DNA of 64,000 nucleotides from the human T2T-CHM13v2.0 reference genome, Homo sapiens: the NCBI RefSeq assembly GCF_009914755.1, contig NC_060925.1. One strand, 5' to 3'. The notes below the pieces were generated by a model. It saw nothing but the letters and a program-made list of their open reading frames with translations. It did not search any database and had not been told where the DNA came from. Shown here in pieces: positions 57,399 to 64,000 of the stretch (the first letter of the stretch is position 1; each line of letters opens with the position of its first letter). The position numbers were made by a program, and so were the translations under genes.

Positions 57399-57890
57399 TT
57401 GGGAATACAACATTGAACATCCTATAGTAATAAAATCCTAATTTATCACTATGCATTAAACTATACATTAGAATGAAATGAATGAATGAGGAATATAATT
57501 ATTATATGTCTAGTTAAAGATAATTTTTGTGGTTCAATACCAAAGTCTAAAATGATGAATAGTTTTTGTGTTTCTTTCCTTGATGAGTGAACAAACATTT
57601 ACACAGAATCACAGACTGACAGAGTTTGAAAAAGAAGATGTAGTCTTTAATGTTGCCTTAAGTACACTGAGAAAAAGTGGGGAAGACTTGGGGTGAGTCA
57701 TCTGCCAAAGATGAGAGTCAAGATATTAATTCTTTCTATACCAAACAGATTCTGGTGGTCACCTACTGCTGAGATGAGTGGATTAGGCACTGGTGCTATT
57801 GAAGTTACATGAGTATCATTGGAATGATAAAGATCACTCTGGTTAAACAAAGGACAGGAATGCCCATTAGGACATCTAGCAGACCTCGTA

Positions 57891-57939
57891 TTAGGTTGGT
57901 GCCAAAATAATTGTGGCTTTTGCCATTGAAAGTAATGGC
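57891..57939. mobile_element. Partial MADE1
   Basis: TA|TTAGGTTGGTGCCAAAATAATTGTGGCTTTTGCCATTGAAAGTAATGGC. Confidence 0.8.
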
Positions 57940-58186
57940 TAATTCAGATAAAAGGGAAAAGCACTGTGTCCTCATTCCATTCTCACACTTTCCCCAACAC
58001 AGAGGAAATGAACTAAATGGATCAGCTCAATGTGCTCTGACCCGTTCCGTAATATGCAGGCATTTGGCATTAGCGGGTGCACACCTTGATCTTATATAGG
58101 ATGACGGGTAAGGTACGTATAAATATAACATCAGAGCCTGTATCTCTGTTTCTATGTTTTTTTTTTGGATGGGAAGGGGGTTCTGA

Positions 58187-58545
58187 TGGTGGCAGGACAT
58201 AACTCAATTGCCCCAGCATAAATAAAAGACAAATGACTTATTACTTACAGGTCTGGAGAATAAAAGGCTTCCACACAGGGCCTCATAGGGTATTGCTCCA
58301 AGGAAAAGATAAAAACAAGTGGAGCTGTAGGAGGTAGCTTCTATATGGCAAACTGGCTTCCTGTGGTTTGGGTATTTTGATTAATTCCACAAGCCTAAGG
58401 AAGAAGCACCTGTCTCTAGACGTTTGGCATCTGGGACTTCTGGCAGCTTGGTATATATGTTGTAATTCAGGAGTGTTCAATCCAGGTAAGGGAAGAATTA
58501 AGAGTTTTTAGCCATAAAGTCAAAACTGGGTCAAGATAGCACCTA
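58187..58545 (-). mobile_element. Possible ERVL-class LTR (LTR40/41-like)
   Basis: TTATTACTTACAGGTC...TCAATCCAGGTAAGGGAAG...AACTGGGTCAAGA. Confidence 0.35.
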
Positions 58546-59946
58546 TAAGTATAATATTACAGTCTCTCTAGGTAACAATAACTTTTAAAACATAGGCAAT
58601 AATATACAAACCATAGCTTTGATTCCTACATTCAAACTGTTTTATTGCAACTAAGCTGTATCAGTAAAAGGTTAATATACGTGTGTACAGATGTTGAGTG
58701 ACTATGTGTGTATACAGTCCTTCAGTCTTTAACTGCTTTAGAGGCAATTATCACAAGAAAGCAACTTGTATTTCAAAGCAGCTTTTGGGAAGAAACAAGG
58801 TAGGCCCTGGAAATGGATTATTCCAAAGCCTCTTTAATAAGACATTCACTCATATTGTAAAACCGTTACCATTTGCTATCTTACACCATTTTTAGTTTCT
58901 TTTTATATGTACTTATTTTATAACTTTTCTTCAATGTGCATGTTTAGCTTTTGTAATGAGCCAAAATAATTATTATATAAAATATCATCCAGTTTAAAGG
59001 TTATCATATTTAGATATACCGTAAGTAAAGAATATGCTGAATATTAGCTTTCTGAGATCACATTAAAATATTAATGTTTTCTGAAAAACTATGCTCAATT
59101 TACATGAGATTATTTGACATTTCCATCCTGCTCATTATCATACTCTTTATTAAACATTCTCTACTGTCAAAAACCCAGTTCACATGGAGAGAAAATAAAA
59201 ATACCTTATTGAAGCTTACTTTCAAAGAGCTTTGACCTTTATTTTTTAATGAAAGATTTTATTTATCACTTGGACTTTTCATGTTATTTTTCAGTTGATA
59301 TGATTGTGGGATGACCTTTAAGATTTTGTTGATTATAAATCTAGCTCATCACCAATTCATGTGCTTCTGTTTCCCAGGAGAAGCACTAATATAAGCAATG
59401 AAATAGGAAATAGAGAATAGAGATAGTATTAATTGTAAGTTTTTGTATCTACTTGCAATAAAGAGGGAAGAAGATCTAAGATGAGTAGGTGATTGGAAAA
59501 TGAGGCAAATTTGAGTTCAACATAGAATTTGAAACGCAGAATGGATTGATTTGAAGAATTGTAAGCTCTTACACACACACACATACACACGTAGAAGTTG
59601 TTTTTTTAGGTATATTTCAAATATTATTTTTAGAAGGTGAGTCAGATAATTTTCAATATTAATTCCAATAATGCTCTTCAGTAATTTTAATATTTTAGAG
59701 AGGTAAAATATTTTTCTGTAGAAAACAATGACCCTTTTATTAAGACATAAACAATGATTAAGCTATCTGGGCCATTTGTCTTTTAATATTTTAACCCTAA
59801 TTATAACTGAGATTATATGATGTATATAGATATTCTGAGGAGTAACAGTATCACATTGTTAATTTTTTTCTTTGAAAACCTATTAGAAATAGTAAAATTA
59901 GTAAAGATGCAGAATACAAAATCAACATATGAAAACCCATTGCATC

Positions 59947-61350
59947 TGCTGTACAGAAGTTTTTAGTTTGATGTAGTCCCATTTATTTATTTTTATTTTT
60001 GTAACCTAAGCTTTTTGCATGATATTTGTAAAGCATTGTTTAGGTCAATCTTCTTTTCTAGGAGAAAAAGAAACCTACAGATTTATAAAATTATCTGTAA
60101 ATTATATATCTGATAAGGGCTTAATATTAAAAATTTAGAAATAACTCATACAACTCAAAAGTGTAAAAACATAACCCAACCTAAAAAGGTGCGCAGGAAT
60201 TGATAAACATTTATGCATAGAAGACATAAAAATGGCCAACAGGTATATGAAAATATGCTCAACATCACTAATTATCAGGGAAATTCATGTCAAACCCATT
60301 ATGAAATAATTATCTCATGCCTGTTGGGATAGCTACTATGAAAAAGATAAGAGATAAGAGAATACTTGTACACTGTTGGTGAGAATGTAGATTGGTACAG
60401 CCATTATGTAAAACAGCATGGAGATTCCTAAAGAAATTTAAAATATAACTACAATATGAATCAGCAATCCCTCTGTCGGGTCTATACCAAAGGGAAATTA
60501 AATAATCACCTTATAAAGATATCAGTACTCCTGTATTTATTTCAGCATTATTCTCAATAGCCAACATATGAAAACAACGTGTCTATTGACTGATAAATGG
60601 ATAAAGAAACTGTGATATCTATACATATATGAATATTAGTCAGCATTTAAAAAGTGGAGATCCTGTCATTTAGCATGTGGATAAACCGAAATAATATTAT
60701 GCTAAGTGAAATAAGCCAGAAAGAAAAGCATTGCATGATCTCACTAATTTGTGGAATATCAAAAATAAAAAATTCAAATATAAAAATATAGAGACTAAAC
60801 AGTGGTTACCAGGAGTAGTGTTGGGAAAGACGAGGGAAGATATAATCTGAAGAAGGCAAAGTAGCAGAAAGTAGAATGAACACGTCTAATATATATATAT
60901 ATGTAAATATTTAGGAATACATATATATATATACGCATATATATACTAGATGTGTTCATTCTACTTTTATTCTACTTTATATATTTTTAGTTTTTTTATA
61001 TTTATACTTTTTTATTTTTTTATATTTATACTTTTATTCTACTTTATATATATATATTCTACTATATATATATTCTACTATATATATATAGTACTTTTAA
61101 ATATGTAAATTAGAAAGTAGAATCATCATGTCAAAATAGATTTAATGTACAACCTGAGGACTATAGTTAATTGTATTGTATTCAGTATTTTTTATAAATG
61201 AGTATTTTGTAACAAACAAAAATGGGTAACTACATGAGATGATAAGCATGGTAATTTGCTTCAATATAGTAACTGTCTGTATGTATATCAAACGTTATGT
61301 TGTATATCTTAAATATATACAACAACATTTATTTTAAAGTTAATAGAAAA
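59947..61350 (+). mobile_element. L1MA 3' end with an inverted 5' segment (59947-60062 antisense)
   Basis: Antisense GCTGTACAGAAGTTTTTAGTTTGATGTAGTCCCATTT, then sense AACCTACAGA...TCTGATAAGGG through the 3'UTR. Confidence 0.8.
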
Positions 61351-61377
61351 AAGGAATGTAAAACATATCATTAGTAG

Positions 61378-61480
61378 TTATTTTCTACTGACTACCTGCT
61401 GAAATAGTAGTATGTTTGATATATTGGGCTAAATAAATAAAATCTCTTGATATATTGGGTTTAATAAATAGAATCTTAAA
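61378..61480. mobile_element. Possible MER3/MER33-type fragment with an internal 31-bp-period duplication
   Basis: TTGATATATTGGG(C/T)T..ATAAATA.AATCT at 61416-61445 and 61447-61476. Confidence 0.45.
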
Positions 61481-62959
61481 ACTTTAAAAAATCTGTTTTC
61501 TTACACTAACAATGAATTATTTGAAAAATAAATCAAGAAAACTATCCAATTTACATTATCACAAAAAGAATGAAATATTTAGGAATAAACTCTATTTAGG
61601 AGGTTAAAGACTTGCTTACTAAAAACTACAAAACTCCAATGAAAGAAATAAAACAAGGTACAAATAAATGGAAAGATATCTCATATTCACCAATTTGGAA
61701 GAAAATATTGTTAAAGCGTGAATACTACCCAAAGCAATCTAAATATTCAATGCAACCCCTATTAGAGACCCAATGACATTTTTTAGAGAATTTGAAAAAA
61801 CAATTACAACACTCACATAAAACCACAAAAGACGGCAAATAAGCAAATCAATCTTGATAAAGAAGAACAAAGCTAGAGGCATCATATTTCCTGATTTCAA
61901 ATTATACTGCAATTCTAAGCAATCAAAACAGTTTGGTACTAATATAAAGACAGATATACAGACAAATAGAACACAGGGCCCAGAAATAAATCCATGCATA
62001 TATGGCCAGCTGATCTTTGAAATATACGCCAAGAATACACAATAGAGAAAAGATTGTCTCTTCAACAGAAGATGTTAGAGAACTAGATATTCACATGCAA
62101 AAGGATAAAATTGGACACTCATATCATACTACAAGTAAACCCAATATGAATTAAAGGCTTAAACATAAGATCTGAAATATAAAAAAATGGGGAAAAGATT
62201 TATGACGTTTTTTTGCAATGATTATTGGATACAACACCAAGAGCACAGTCAACAAAACCAAAAATAAACAAACAAAACTACTTCAAATTTAAAAATTTCT
62301 GCACAGCAGTGAAAACAATGAGTAGTGAAAACACAGCCTATGGAATGGGCCAAAGTATTTGCAAACCAGATAGCTGATAAGAGGTTAATCTTCAAAACAT
62401 ATAAGCAACTCCTAAAACACAATAGTAACCCAACCAACCCAAATTAATAACTCAATTAAAAAAACAGTCAAAGGATCTGAAAATTTTCCAAGGAAGACAC
62501 GCAAATAACCAAGAGGTATATAAGAAATGTTCAATGTTACTAATCATCAGATAGATGCAAAGCAAAACGACAATGACACATCATATCACACCTGTCTAGA
62601 TGGCCACAATTATAGACTAGAGCAAGAGACTCAAGGCCAAAAGGATAGGAAATTTTTTTTCTCTGGCACTACCAGCAATAGTTTTTCTTACAAGGTAAAA
62701 TTCCTTGCACAACCATTGGTGTGCAGTGATAGAGTTTACATCAAACTCAGCTGTGCAAACTGTTCTTTGTAGTTCTTCCTAATTCGTGGTAAAAGTTTCC
62801 ACATTATACCAGTTCTGTGGAAGGTACTGTTCATGAGGAAGCCATGATACACTGAAGAAGCAGTTTTCAATTTATATTTTCCCCACCATAGACAATTCCT
62901 TTTACATTAATTTTTGCTTGTATATTTTAATTGTATTGTGTGGAGGGTTTTATTCTTAT

Positions 62960-63570
62960 CATTTTATTGAGGCTATTAATCATTTGGGATTGCATGTATT
63001 TCAATTCTCATCTTTTAGTCTGTGACTATTATGGTGTCTTTTGACTCACAGAAGCTGTGTTTCATTTTTTAATTCATAGTTTTCTTAATGATATGTTTTA
63101 TGTCATGCTTTAAAAAGTCCTTCCTTCCCTAAAAGTCATAAATATATTCGCCTATATATTTTAAGTATTTGAAAAACTCTTTTTTTTGCATTTAGATCGT
63201 TAATACAAACAATTAATACTGGTGTGTGGAGAAGGAAGTTTATTTTCCATGTGGATAATCACTTGCTTCAATTAGTAAACTGTCTACTCATGCCCATTTA
63301 TCTGCAATGACAAATTTGTAATATACCAAGTTTCCATAAAAGCATATGTTAATTTCTAAGTTCCCCATTTCATTCTGTTAGTCCATTTATTACATCTGTT
63401 TCAATACTAGGTTGTGTTATTTTTCATAATACTCATAAGATGTTTTGAAATCTGGTAAGTCAGTATGCACACTTTTTCTTCTTCACAATTTTCTTGGATA
63501 TATTTGCCCTTGTGCTTTTTCACATAGACGTATTTTGTCATGTGACTTATTTTATTATGGTTTTGTTTTC
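62960..63570 (-). mobile_element. L1ME-type ORF2/3' fragment
   Basis: ATGGTGTCTTTTG, TTAAAAAGTCCTTCC...AAAGTCATAAATATATTC, CATTTAGATC, TTCTGTTAGTCCATT, TTCTTCTTCA...TCTTGGATAT. Confidence 0.65.
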
Positions 63571-63586
63571 CATAATAAAAGCCTCT

Positions 63587-63746
63587 AACCAGGAGTGGTG
63601 GGCTTGCCTGTAGAACCAGCTGTTCAGGATGCTGAGGTGGGAGGATCTGGAGCTCAGGAATTTGAGTTCAAGGCTGCAGTGTGTGATGATTGTGCCACTG
63701 CACACCAGCTTGGGTGTCAGAGTGAGACCTTGTCTCTAAATAAATA
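63587..63746 (+). mobile_element. FRAM / AluJ right monomer
   Basis: GCCTGTAG...GCTGAGGTGGGAGGATC...GAGTTCAAGGCTGCAGTG...GAGTGAGACCTTGTCTCTAAATAAATA. Confidence 0.85.
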
Positions 63747-64000
63747 CATAGTCCTATCCATAGTCAAGGATAAGAGAATTATACAAAGGTGTATACACAA
63801 GGGACCAAGAGTCTTGAGGTCCAATGTAGAATCTGTTATTACAACATTCCTTGCTAAATTAATATTATCTTTTTTCAATTCTTCATTTCTCCTACTTTTA
63901 AATATATTTATGTTTATATTTATTACTCAATAATAAAAACTATAAGGCCATACCCTTAAAGTAAATCTTGAAATCAGACAATATAAATTCTTTAAATTTG

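Larger units (their letters stand above)
59876..62600 (+). mobile_element. Older L1M ORF2 (59876-59946, resuming about 61490-62600), host of a nested L1MA
   Basis: GAATACAAAATCAACATA continues as TACACTAACAATGAA; track ORF 61854-62045 reads KKNKARGIIFPDFKLY...PEINPCIYGQLIF (L1 ORF2). Confidence 0.85.

Noticed and set aside
57891-57939. MADE1 as a miR-548-type precursor
   Set aside because: Only about 50 of 80 bp are present, so the long hairpin cannot form

Overview
This is AT-rich, CpG-poor, repeat-dense primate genomic DNA, almost certainly human because it carries an AluYa5 with all five diagnostic bases at 33545-33854. I see no supportable protein-coding exon, RNA gene or CpG island; the longer ORFs in the track derive from Alu, L1 or THE1 sequence and the rest look like chance ORFs. 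The window is a layered transposon record: about 12 Alus (J, S, Y, Yd, Ya5), a near full-length minus-strand L1PA/PB-age element, several L1M fragments, a full-length two-LTR THE1A, solo MaLR/ERV LTRs, a decayed ERVL-type internal region, L2/MIR relics and DNA transposons (MER2, MER5A, MER20, MADE1). Subfamily names come from recalled consensus sequences, not from a search. I found no new multi-gene biological system. The most unusual signals are DNA-repair or replication scars: a 186-bp local templated insertion with a 13-bp flanking duplication (36259-36468), a snap-back/template-switch patchwork inside an L1MA 3'UTR (60868-61140), a young AluYa5 only 41 bp from an inverted AluS, and a perfect 17-bp hairpin in unique DNA.
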